Below are positions 23,226-32,671 of a stretch of 64,000 nt of DNA, piece by piece. The notes beneath the pieces were generated by a model. It was not told the DNA's origin and ran no database searches. It saw only the letters and a list, made by a program, of their open reading frames with translations. Source of the DNA: a bacterium (GTDB lineage: Bacteria > Zhuqueibacterota > Zhuqueibacteria > Residuimicrobiales > Krinioviventaceae); the NCBI GenBank assembly GCA_963675755.2, contig CAXXMD010000003.1, forward strand, positions 1,600,001 to 1,664,000, written 5' to 3'. Made by a program: the position numbers and the translations under genes. Every line of letters begins with the position of its first letter. Positions within the stretch are counted from its first letter, which is position 1.

Positions 23226-24842
23226 ATGGTAGAAGACAAATTTGATCTTTTGTTGAATCGTCTTGAGAGCCTGGAATCCAGGATCTCTACAATAGAAGGC
23301 TATTTGCGAATTGGGCCGGTAAAAACTGGCCAAAGTTCACACCCGGTTACCAAAAATGCAGATTCAGATCAGTCTTTGGAATTTACAATCGGCGAATTCT
23401 GGCTGGCACAGGTAGGTGCTGTTTTACTCATGCTGGGAGTGGCTTTTTTTATCAGTTACCCCATACCGGGTATTCCGGCCATTGCTGCAAGTTTATTGGG
23501 ATATGTTGCCGTGGCAGCGCTTATGGCATTGTCCCGATACTGGCAGGAAAATTATAATTATCTCTCACGGATTTTGTTTGGCGGAGGGCTGCTATTGATC
23601 TATTTTGCAACACTGCGGTTGCATTTTTATAGTACAGACCCTCTGATTTCTTCCACATTTCTGGGTGTATTACTGGTATTTATGGTATTAACGATTATAC
23701 TGTATATTGCGGTCAAGCGCAAATCCGGTTTTGTTGTTTCCATGGTCCTGCTGTTATTTCTGTTCTCCGGGCTGATTAGCGAATCGCCTTTGTTCTCTTT
23801 GGTGGTCATTACAATAACCGGCTTGATTACCGTTTCCCTGTTGTTTCGGACCAACTGGCATGGTGTTGCAACAAGTGGATTGTTTTTTGTTTATTGTGCA
23901 CATTTGTTGTGGCTTTTGAATAATCCGCTTGTTGGCAATACATTACAGCCGGCACCAGGCCATGGTTTTAATCTTTTTTTCCTGGCAATGTATGCGTCTG
24001 CATTTGCTGTAATTAACCGGTTTCGTAATCCGGAACAATATCCATTGTTTTTTGAAATTTTGATTTCGGTTGTTAACAGTCTCGGGATTTTTCTTGTTGG
24101 TGCCTTGAACATTTTGTTTTATTTCAAGGAACAGTCGAGTATTTTGGGGTTTTTAACATTTTTATATTTCATTATTGCCGCAATAATAAACTACAAGCAC
24201 ACCAAAGGAAATTTTTCTGCACCCATAACCGCATCTTTTGGATTTATTGCGCTTTCTTTTTCAATTTTTACCCAGTTTAACAATCCTGATTATTTCTTTT
24301 GGCTGGCTTTACAGAGTTTAATGGTGATTGTTTTTGCGTTATGGTTCAGGTCTCGTTTAATAGTTGTTGCAAATATATTCATTTTCCTGTTTATATATGC
24401 ACTGTATCTGATTATATCTGAACCGAATGGATTGATCAATTTGAGTTTTGCGTTGTCGTCTTTGGCAAGTGCGAGAATTTTAAACTGGAAAAAAGAGAGA
24501 CTTTTAATCAAAACCGATATGATGCGAAATTTATATCTGGTTTGTGCATTTTTTATTGTTCTCTATGGCCTCTTCCATGCGGTACCTGAAAACATTGTCA
24601 GTCTCTCATGGATGGGTGCTGCAATATTTTATTTTGTGCTGAGTCTGCTTTTAAAAAATATCAAATATCGCTGGATGTCGATATTGACCGTATTTGCTAC
24701 AGTATTGCATGTGATCTTTTATGATATGTCTAACGTAGCTTCAGGATTCAGAATTGTTGTTTTCCTTGCAATTGGTCTTCTGATTTTGTTGTTTTCTGTC
24801 GTATATTCAAGATATAATAAAAAATTATCACGAATTCACTAA
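23226..24842 (+). CDS. DUF2339-like polytopic membrane protein
   Basis: N-terminal coiled segment, 'LEFTIGEFWLAQVG', then many hydrophobic helices. Confidence 0.65.
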   Translation: MVEDKFDLLLNRLESLESRISTIEGYLRIGPVKTGQSSHPVTKNADSDQSLEFTIGEFWLAQVGAVLLMLGVAFFISYPIPGIPAIAASLLGYVAVAALMALSRYWQENYNYLSRILFGGGLLLIYFATLRLHFYSTDPLISSTFLGVLLVFMVLTIILYIAVKRKSGFVVSMVLLLFLFSGLISESPLFSLVVITITGLITVSLLFRTNWHGVATSGLFFVYCAHLLWLLNNPLVGNTLQPAPGHGFNLFFLAMYASAFAVINRFRNPEQYPLFFEILISVVNSLGIFLVGALNILFYFKEQSSILGFLTFLYFIIAAIINYKHTKGNFSAPITASFGFIALSFSIFTQFNNPDYFFWLALQSLMVIVFALWFRSRLIVVANIFIFLFIYALYLIISEPNGLINLSFALSSLASARILNWKKERLLIKTDMMRNLYLVCAFFIVLYGLFHAVPENIVSLSWMGAAIFYFVLSLLLKNIKYRWMSILTVFATVLHVIFYDMSNVASGFRIVVFLAIGLLILLFSVVYSRYNKKLSRIH

Positions 24843-24901
24843 CACATGGAAGGATTATTGTTTATATTTTAATATAAAATCACAAGTAAAAGGGGCAAAA
24901 T

Positions 24902-26404
24902 ATGAAATTGCGTCTACCTTTCAGTTATTACAATACGATTTCGTATGCTGGTACTGCTTTGGCGTTAATAGCATTTTTTATGTTTGTATTTTTATATGTT
25001 TTGTCATCCATTACCGGAGCAGATAAAGCATATATGGGACTCGTGATTTTTATTCTCATTCCTTCATTTATTATACTCGGTCTTTTATTGATTCCTGCCG
25101 GAATGATATTAAAAATTAGAAAAATCAAAAAGTTCGGAGAAGGAGAGCACGAAGATTTTCCTGTTCTCAATTTAAATCTGCCCAATCACCGGAACGGAGT
25201 GATTATTTTTACAATTGTGACCTGTATATTTTTCTTTCTTTCAGCATTGGGGAGTTATGAGGCGTATCATTATACCGAGTCGAACCGGTTTTGTGGTACA
25301 TTGTGTCATTCTTTAATGATTCCCGAGTATACCGCTTATCAGGCGTCACCTCATGCACGTGTACATTGTGCGGAATGTCATATTGGAACGGGTGCGAGCT
25401 GGTGGGTAAAATCAAAAATGAGTGGTTTAAAGCAGGTTTACGCAACATTGACCAATACTTATCCTAAACCTGTACCTACACCCATAGAGAATCTTCGCCC
25501 GGCCCGTGAAACGTGTGAAGAATGTCACTGGCCGCAAAAAATATATGGAAAGCAGCAGCGTATAGAATACTATTATCTTGCTGATGAAGAGAATACGCGC
25601 TGGGAGATTGACATGCTGATGAATACCGGTGGTGGAAATCCTAGCATGGGTCAATCGACGGGTATTCACTGGCATATTAATCCTGATATTAAAATCGAGT
25701 ATATCACTACAGATGAAAAAAGAGAAACCATTCCTCAGGTTATTCTGACCAATAAAGTTACCGGCAAGGTTACAACGTATAACAATACCGATGAACCTCT
25801 TGACGAGGATGCAGAATATACTGAAAGACGCACAATGGATTGTATTGACTGTCATAACCGCCCCAGTCATATTTATAATGATCCTTCCAGCTTTGTGAAT
25901 GTTGCAATTGCAAGTGGTCAGATAGATGTTTCTTTACCCATGGTAAAGCAAGCTGCTATTGAAGCATGTATACAGGAATATGAATCAACAGAACTGGCAA
26001 TGGAAGGTATTAAAGAGTATTTGACAACTTTTTATGAAGAGAATTATCCGGATGCCATATTAAACAAGGGTAAACTGCTAAAATCTATCATTGGTGTACA
26101 GGAAGCTTTTGCAAAAAACATTTTCCCGGAAATGAATGTAACCTGGGAGGGCTACCCAAACCATATAGGTCATATGACCTCAAATGGATGTTTCAGGTGT
26201 CATGATGATTTACATGAAAGTGATGATGGTGATGTTATATCGAAAACCTGTAATGATTGTCATTTAATAACGGCACAGGGTAAAGAAGAGGATGTTCAAT
26301 TTACATCCACCCGAAATGCTCTTGATTTTGTTCATCCGGTTGATATTGATGGAGAATGGCAATATCTTAATTGCAGCGAGTGTCATTCATCTCCGCCAAT
26401 ATAA
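24902..26404 (+). CDS. NapC/NirT-family heptaheme quinol dehydrogenase (ImcH-like)
   Basis: Three N-terminal TMs; CGTLCH (CX3CH) plus six CxxCH; 'LRPARETCEECHWP' and 'GCFRCHD'. Confidence 0.82.
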   Translation: MKLRLPFSYYNTISYAGTALALIAFFMFVFLYVLSSITGADKAYMGLVIFILIPSFIILGLLLIPAGMILKIRKIKKFGEGEHEDFPVLNLNLPNHRNGVIIFTIVTCIFFFLSALGSYEAYHYTESNRFCGTLCHSLMIPEYTAYQASPHARVHCAECHIGTGASWWVKSKMSGLKQVYATLTNTYPKPVPTPIENLRPARETCEECHWPQKIYGKQQRIEYYYLADEENTRWEIDMLMNTGGGNPSMGQSTGIHWHINPDIKIEYITTDEKRETIPQVILTNKVTGKVTTYNNTDEPLDEDAEYTERRTMDCIDCHNRPSHIYNDPSSFVNVAIASGQIDVSLPMVKQAAIEACIQEYESTELAMEGIKEYLTTFYEENYPDAILNKGKLLKSIIGVQEAFAKNIFPEMNVTWEGYPNHIGHMTSNGCFRCHDDLHESDDGDVISKTCNDCHLITAQGKEEDVQFTSTRNALDFVHPVDIDGEWQYLNCSECHSSPPI

Positions 26405-26463
26405 CGGAATAAATAGATTAATGATATGGTTCTAAAATATAGCAAAGCTACCTAATTCACGCT

Positions 26464-26638
26464 ACGTTGGGTTGCTGACAGGGAGCGACTCAATGTGAAT
26501 ACGGATGCCCTGTTGAAAGGAGGTGATCTTATTATTCATAGTACGATAATAAGAGCCTCCGGTGAAGCTTGTTAGCACCAGGTAATCCGGATGCTTATAG
26601 TTTAATAACCCCGCTTATACATTTGGCGGGGTTTTTTT
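26464..26638 (+). ncRNA. Candidate structured RNA ending in an intrinsic terminator
   Basis: 13-bp stem with G-U pairs (26464-26496), further stems at 26519-26560 and 26561-26579, and a terminator at 26607-26638. Family not recognised. Confidence 0.4.
26607..26638 (+). terminator. Intrinsic terminator
   Basis: AACCCCGC...GCGGGGTT followed by a T-tract. Confidence 0.75.
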
Positions 26639-26682
26639 ATATAATGATTGTAATAGTTTCAAGTTATTTATACATTGTAAAC

Positions 26683-27768
26683 ATGAAAAAATGTATGTTA
26701 AAAATTAATGTGAGCGCAATAGTTTTATTGCTGCTATTCGTTCTTGCGCATGCACAGGATGAAAACAGAAACAGTCTGGTTGCACTTCCATATGCTTATT
26801 TTACACCGGAAACGGATATTGCGGCAGGCGTAGGAAGTGTTTATTCTTTTAGAGCTGCAGACAGCAAGCCGGATATTCGCCCATCGAACATCAAGGTTGC
26901 ACTGACGTTTACACAGAGAAAACAGTTATTGTTTGCCATACAACCCGAGCTTTATTTTAATAACGAAGCATGGCTTGTAAACGGTACCTATAATTATTAT
27001 AAATATCCTGATAAATACTGGGGGGCAGGCATCAATACTCCCGATGAAAACGAAGAGGATTTTACTCCATCGTTAATCCGGACTTTTACCAACATCCAAA
27101 AGCGAATTTTACCGGGATTGTATACCGGTATCCGCTACCAGTTTGAGTATATTGCGTTAAAAGAAACAGACCCCAATGGTGTATTGCAGTACAAAACAAT
27201 TCCGGGAAGTGGTGACGGGGCGGCATCGGGTTTGGGTATTCTTGTAAACTGGGATACACGTAATCATACGTATTTTCCAACGAGTGGTCATTATCATCAG
27301 TTTTATGCGGTTTCTTTTGGTTCTGCAATTGGTAGTGATTTTGATTTTACAATGTACACCCTGGATCTGCGCCACTATATGCCGATATTCAAGAGCCATG
27401 TGCTTGCCTTTCACAGTTATAATATCTTTATTGACGGAAATCCCCCTTTTCAGATGATGGGATTACTTGGCGGTTCTTATTGGATGCGGGGTTATTATTT
27501 TGGCCGGTATCGGGATAATAACATGATAACCATGCAAACCGAGTATAGATATCCATTATTCTGGCGCTTTGGCGGTGTATTTTTTGCCGGTTTGGGTGAT
27601 GTTGCGTGCAAGATTGACCATTTTCACTTGCGGGATTTTAAAGTCAGTTATGGTGCGGGAATTCGGTTCATGTTTGATACACGTGAAAAAATCAATGCCC
27701 GATTGGATCTGGGTTTTGATGAGTGGGGAACCATGTCTATTTATGCATTGGTGGTTGAAGCGTTCTAG
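26683..27768 (+). CDS. Omp85/BamA-like outer membrane barrel without obvious POTRA domains
   Basis: Signal peptide from ATG 26683; 'WDTRNH..FPTSG', 'LGGSYWMRGY..GRYRD', 'GAGIRF' and C-terminal 'EAF'. Confidence 0.8.
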   Translation: MKKCMLKINVSAIVLLLLFVLAHAQDENRNSLVALPYAYFTPETDIAAGVGSVYSFRAADSKPDIRPSNIKVALTFTQRKQLLFAIQPELYFNNEAWLVNGTYNYYKYPDKYWGAGINTPDENEEDFTPSLIRTFTNIQKRILPGLYTGIRYQFEYIALKETDPNGVLQYKTIPGSGDGAASGLGILVNWDTRNHTYFPTSGHYHQFYAVSFGSAIGSDFDFTMYTLDLRHYMPIFKSHVLAFHSYNIFIDGNPPFQMMGLLGGSYWMRGYYFGRYRDNNMITMQTEYRYPLFWRFGGVFFAGLGDVACKIDHFHLRDFKVSYGAGIRFMFDTREKINARLDLGFDEWGTMSIYALVVEAF

Positions 27769-27791
27769 TCACCCAAGTTTTAAATATAAGT

Positions 27792-27826
27792 AAAAAGGCA
27801 AAGGATAACTCCTTTGCCTTTTTTTT
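27792..27826. terminator. Bidirectional intrinsic terminator
   Basis: AAAAAGGCAAAGGA-TAAC-TCCTTTGCCTTTTTTT between convergent genes. Confidence 0.8.
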
Positions 27827-30626
27827 ATTTATATTGTGTCAGCATCGCCCAAATGATCATAACCACCAGGCTTAGACCTAAAATTAGGAAAAAGAAACCA
27901 AAAATACGGGACAGAATGTTTAGCCATCTTGGTGGCTCTGTTTCACGTGTTAAACCTTCCAGTTCTCCGTTTTCTTTTAATTGCTGATATTCTTTGGGCC
28001 TTTCCAGTTTCCATTCCTCATAGGGGACTTTGCCGGTAAAGATAACCGGATCCATGGGAAATTTTTGAGGTCTGAAATGCGTGTTAAAAAAGTGGATTGT
28101 AAAAATAAATCCGGTTGCCAGCAAGGCTTCATCACTGTGAATGATTGTAGCTACATTAATCAGGTAGCCCGGTAAAAAGCGGGTAAAGAATTCCGGAAAC
28201 CAGAGTACAAGTCCAGTTGAGCCAATAACCGCAACACCCCAAAATACTGCAAAGTAATCAAATTTTTCCCAATAGGTCCATCTGCCGTAATGGGGAGCTT
28301 TTTTCCGACCCAGGAACCAGAGGATGGTATGAAAAAAGTCTATAAAATCCTGTTTTGTGGGAATCATTCCGTTTTTGTTAAACATGAATTTCCAGTAATT
28401 CATGCCTCTCTTTTTAGCTTCACGACCAATGTATACAAAGTGGAGAATAAAATAAAGGAACGTAATGATTGCACAAATTCTATGAACAATACCGGCACCT
28501 TCAGCGCCACCAAAGAACTGGCTGATATTATAGGCCCACTCGTAACCGGCAAATTTCAAGCTCATTCCAGTGAGAGCAAGACCAAAAAAGCTTACTATGA
28601 CCATTAAATGCAGTATTCTGGGTAGCCTGCCAAAACGAACAATCCATCGTCTGGGATGTTTGGCCAGATGTTTGTGAATACGAATGCGTTCCCGAATAGA
28701 CCGGGGGATCCATAATATGGTATGAATTCCAAAAAAGGCAAAAACGCCAATTACCAGAAAGGTCATAAACCAGAAAGTGTAAAATAATGCTGGGTATTTG
28801 TCGCGATTGTGATGCGTTGCATGTGTAAGATAGCCGGTAAACTTGCGGTTTGAATTGGGATGACATTGTTTACAGGTTTCTATGATATTGTCCCGACTGA
28901 GTGTTGAAGCTATGTTTGTAGGAGGTAATATATTATGCGATCCATGACAATCGGAACATTTGGCTGCTTTTTCTGAACCCAGTTTAGACACTTTGCCGTG
29001 ATAGGTTTCAAAATAGGTTTCAGTTACATCCTCATGACAGTGACCGCACTGGCCCAGGATCTGCGAACGAAAATCGTCACGGTCTACACGTTCAATTTCG
29101 TGTGATTTGTGGCAATCGTTACAGGCCGGAAGCTCCTTGTCTGTTTTGGAAACCAGGGGGCTGTGAATAGAGGATTTAAACGTCTCGTAAATGCCCAGGT
29201 GACATTTTGAACAGGTTTTTCCTACATTGGTATCATGCACACTTGATTCAGGATTACTTGCCGGCAGTGCGTTATGAGGTGTATGGCAATCGCTGCAAAC
29301 GGCAGATACCATAAGTCCGCTGTCAAACAAGCCTTTGCCGTGAATACTCATGGTGTAATGTTCAATAACCTGGGTTTCTTTACCAGTATACCTGACTGCA
29401 GCTTTTTCTCCTTCCCGGTGGCATTGCGCGCAAAGGGCCGGAATATTGCGGGTAAAGGTTGGGGAGTCTATGTTGTCTCCGGCAAGGATCTTGTGATCAC
29501 CATGACAGTTGGTACAGTTTGGTGCATTTTTATCACCTTTGGCCAGTAATTCACCGTGAATGCTGGTGAAGAAATTGTCAGCCTGTTCAACATGACAGAT
29601 GGAGCAATCTACAGGCCCAGAGTCTTCACAAACAGGACGCTTGCCCCGGCTGACGTTTGTGTGACATTTGATACATGAAATGTTTTGGCCGTGAATGGAA
29701 TGCTGCAAATCACTAGCGTCTACATATAATGAATCTATAGTTCCGTCTTCCATTTTGCGGGTAAGATCTTGTTTTTCGTGACAGTTCATACAATAGTGAT
29801 CTGTAAATTCTTCCGCGTAAAAAACACGGCGTATTTTATGAGGTGAATGACAGTCCACGCAGGCGGGTATGGCATTGGGTTGTTTTTCCCACAATTCCCC
29901 TTTGATCACTTTTTGGTGTACCCGTTCAATCTGCGCGTGGCATTGCATACAGGTACCAGCAATATTGTCTCTATGGATGGAGGATTTGGGATTTGTATGC
30001 GGCAACACATTGTGAGATGTGTGGCAGTTGGTGCAAACGGCTGTAACAATAAGTCCACCCTGAAATAAACCTTCTCCATGAATAGACATGGTATAGTTTT
30101 GAATAATGTCTGACTGGGTGATTCTGTGCCGGCGAGCAACCTCGCTGTCTTCTCTGTGACATTGTCCACATAGCATGGGGATATTCATAACATATGTGGG
30201 TGATTCCGGATTTGTGTTTTTTAAAATCGTATGCTTGTTATGACAATCAACACAGACTGGTGCGTCTTTGTCACCCTTTGTATGTGCAATACCGTGGGTG
30301 CTGAGAGCCAGGTTTTCACCAATGTCATCATGACACATGTTACAATCCACTTTTTCAAGCGGCGTGTCATGCGGAAAATCTTCAACATCTGCGTCAACAT
30401 GGCACGATACACATCCATTTTCTTCATGGACGGTACCCTTTAATGTGTTTTCCGGTATAAAAATAGAAACCGTTTTCCCATCCTTTTCCATGGTAAGGGT
30501 AGCGTCGGAATGACACATTAAACAGTCTTCATCTTCTGCTGAAAAAGAAGGGAGAAACATGAGGAGCATAAGCAATGAAACAAGAACAACACGGATTAAA
30601 TTTGAGGGCTTTTCCATAATGCACAT
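27825..30626 (-). CDS. 19-heme cytochrome c fused to a di-heme cytochrome b (FdnI/HydC-type) domain; CbcL-like
   Basis: Signal peptide, 19 CxxCH, then a membrane domain with 'RILH', 'IVHR', 'YWEKFDYFAVFWG', 'IIHSDEALLA' and 'IHFFNTH'. Confidence 0.88.
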   Translation of the reverse strand: MCIMEKPSNLIRVVLVSLLMLLMFLPSFSAEDEDCLMCHSDATLTMEKDGKTVSIFIPENTLKGTVHEENGCVSCHVDADVEDFPHDTPLEKVDCNMCHDDIGENLALSTHGIAHTKGDKDAPVCVDCHNKHTILKNTNPESPTYVMNIPMLCGQCHREDSEVARRHRITQSDIIQNYTMSIHGEGLFQGGLIVTAVCTNCHTSHNVLPHTNPKSSIHRDNIAGTCMQCHAQIERVHQKVIKGELWEKQPNAIPACVDCHSPHKIRRVFYAEEFTDHYCMNCHEKQDLTRKMEDGTIDSLYVDASDLQHSIHGQNISCIKCHTNVSRGKRPVCEDSGPVDCSICHVEQADNFFTSIHGELLAKGDKNAPNCTNCHGDHKILAGDNIDSPTFTRNIPALCAQCHREGEKAAVRYTGKETQVIEHYTMSIHGKGLFDSGLMVSAVCSDCHTPHNALPASNPESSVHDTNVGKTCSKCHLGIYETFKSSIHSPLVSKTDKELPACNDCHKSHEIERVDRDDFRSQILGQCGHCHEDVTETYFETYHGKVSKLGSEKAAKCSDCHGSHNILPPTNIASTLSRDNIIETCKQCHPNSNRKFTGYLTHATHHNRDKYPALFYTFWFMTFLVIGVFAFFGIHTILWIPRSIRERIRIHKHLAKHPRRWIVRFGRLPRILHLMVIVSFFGLALTGMSLKFAGYEWAYNISQFFGGAEGAGIVHRICAIITFLYFILHFVYIGREAKKRGMNYWKFMFNKNGMIPTKQDFIDFFHTILWFLGRKKAPHYGRWTYWEKFDYFAVFWGVAVIGSTGLVLWFPEFFTRFLPGYLINVATIIHSDEALLATGFIFTIHFFNTHFRPQKFPMDPVIFTGKVPYEEWKLERPKEYQQLKENGELEGLTRETEPPRWLNILSRIFGFFFLILGLSLVVMIIWAMLTQYK

Positions 30627-31054
30627 CTCGTCATTGGTTTATGTTTTTGTGGAATTTATATCAAGTCAGCCAGCCTTGATACAGGACGAGTATGTCTTGG
30701 CAGTCCGTAAAAGAGGTCAAATTGATTGGAATTGTGTTAGAATACCATCATAACAAGGATTCCAACACAAGGCTCTATTTGGTTACACTTGTTCTTTTTT
30801 TCACAAAATTGGGTCCTTTATATTCAATATAAGAAAGCATTGAATAGACGCAATACCATTTTTTGAAATTATTTAGAAAATATGCATAATGCGCTTGAGC
30901 TTTTGTTTTGATTATTCCCAATAGCCCAAAAGTAATTATAAAAATGCCGCTTTTTGCTGTACAAAATCAATCATGTTGTTTTTTTATTTATTATTATGGT
31001 TAAAACGATTAAATTTAAAGTTGTAAAATAATTCACAAACCAAAAGAAGAGAAA

Positions 31055-32593
31055 ATGATTTCAAGAAAAATAATATTAACTACTCTACTGTTGCTACTCT
31101 CTTTTTCGGTTACATTTGCCCAATATGATGAACTGTGTCAAGCATGTCATGCTGACAACAGTATTGAGCCGGTGACAGAAAAAGGTGAGATACTTGATTT
31201 ATATCTGCCTGTTGAAGTATACCAGAGTGCTACCCATGGTGAAATGGAATGTACCATGTGTCATATTGAATCGGAAGAAGGTGGTTTTGAAGAATTTCCT
31301 CACTTGCTTGATGCAGCCTCTACGCCCATGTGTCTTGATTGTCATGGTGACGAATTTGAAGAGCAGCATGCAGCGTATGAGCTTAGTTACCATGCTGAAA
31401 AAATCCAGGATTTTAACTGTTTCAAATGTCACGATATTCACAGAGCGAACTTTGATTCGTTAACCCAGGACCTGGAACATGAAATAACATATTATAATGA
31501 CAATTGTTACAACTGTCATGTTGATTCTGCAATTTATGCATATTTATCTGGTAAAGATGCATCAAAACTTGATCTCTCTCATTCATTTTTACCAAGTCGT
31601 GAAATCCACTGGCGCTCAGTTCGTTGTGTGGAATGTCATACACCCGCAGAAGATGCTAATGTACATCATATCGTAGCAGATGACGAAGCGCAGCATAAAT
31701 GCGTTTCCTGTCACTCTCAAAATTCCATATTAACCCACAAGCTGTATCAGTCTGCTACTGCATCTGAGGATGATCAGTTACATCGTATTTTGAATTATTA
31801 TTTGTTCCAGAATGCGTATGTTATAGGTGCAACCCGGTTAACGTTTGTTGATAATTTTATCATTTTATTATTTCTTGCCGCGTTGGCAGGTGTGTTAACT
31901 CATGGTGCGTTACGTATTTATTTTACACGCAATATTAGAAAAAACGGTCCGGAATACGAACTGCATTCCGAATATATTTATAAATTAAACATTCGTATAT
32001 GGCACGCTACGAATGCGATATTGTTTATTATATTGATTTTTACCGGTTTTAGTCTGCATTTTGCAAATGAAGGATCTATACTCGATTTTGCGGTGGCTGT
32101 GAATATTCACAATAATGCAGCGCGCTTGTTAATGCTTGCATTTGCTTTTTATCTGGCAATGAACTTTTTTGATGGAAATATAAAGCACTATATTCCGGGG
32201 CCGCACAATATACATCAGCGTCTGTTGATACAGGCCCGGTATTATGTTTATGGAATATTCAGAGGTGAAGAAAAACCTTATCACTGTTCTGTAAAGCATA
32301 AATTCAATCCATTGCAGCGTTTTAGTTATCTGGTTGTAATGTTCTTTTTATTCCCGGTTATTATTATAACCGGTTTACTGCTCATGTTCCCGGAACTTGC
32401 ACCTATTGGTATTTTGGGAATTGGCGGATTGGGCTTTATCGCGCTTATGCACTATTTTGTTGCGGTGATGTTTGTGCTGTTTATGATTGTTCATATTTAT
32501 CTGGGTACCACAGGCGACAAACCCGGCTTTTTGTATCAAGCCATTGTAACTGGTTACCATAAAGCGTTCCACCGTAAGGAAAATAATCAATAA
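31055..32593 (+). CDS. Heptaheme cytochrome c fused to a cytochrome b (HydC/FdnI-type) domain
   Basis: Signal peptide, 7 CxxCH, then 'IRIWHATNA', 'KFNPLQRFSY' and 'MIVHIYL'. Confidence 0.85.
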   Translation: MISRKIILTTLLLLLSFSVTFAQYDELCQACHADNSIEPVTEKGEILDLYLPVEVYQSATHGEMECTMCHIESEEGGFEEFPHLLDAASTPMCLDCHGDEFEEQHAAYELSYHAEKIQDFNCFKCHDIHRANFDSLTQDLEHEITYYNDNCYNCHVDSAIYAYLSGKDASKLDLSHSFLPSREIHWRSVRCVECHTPAEDANVHHIVADDEAQHKCVSCHSQNSILTHKLYQSATASEDDQLHRILNYYLFQNAYVIGATRLTFVDNFIILLFLAALAGVLTHGALRIYFTRNIRKNGPEYELHSEYIYKLNIRIWHATNAILFIILIFTGFSLHFANEGSILDFAVAVNIHNNAARLLMLAFAFYLAMNFFDGNIKHYIPGPHNIHQRLLIQARYYVYGIFRGEEKPYHCSVKHKFNPLQRFSYLVVMFFLFPVIIITGLLLMFPELAPIGILGIGGLGFIALMHYFVAVMFVLFMIVHIYLGTTGDKPGFLYQAIVTGYHKAFHRKENNQ

Positions 32594-32671
32594 CAAATTG
32601 TATTTGTAATAAAAACTTGCTTCTTGTTTTCAGATGTGATATTTTATTCTACTGAAAACAAGGAGCTTGTT

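Noticed and set aside
26516-26528. 16S rRNA gene fragment on the minus strand
   Set aside because: The match to the 16S 3' end stops after 13 nt and the flanks do not resemble rRNA.
26505-26570. Hammerhead ribozyme
   Set aside because: The core reads CUGUUGA and GAAG rather than the required CUGANGA and GAAA.
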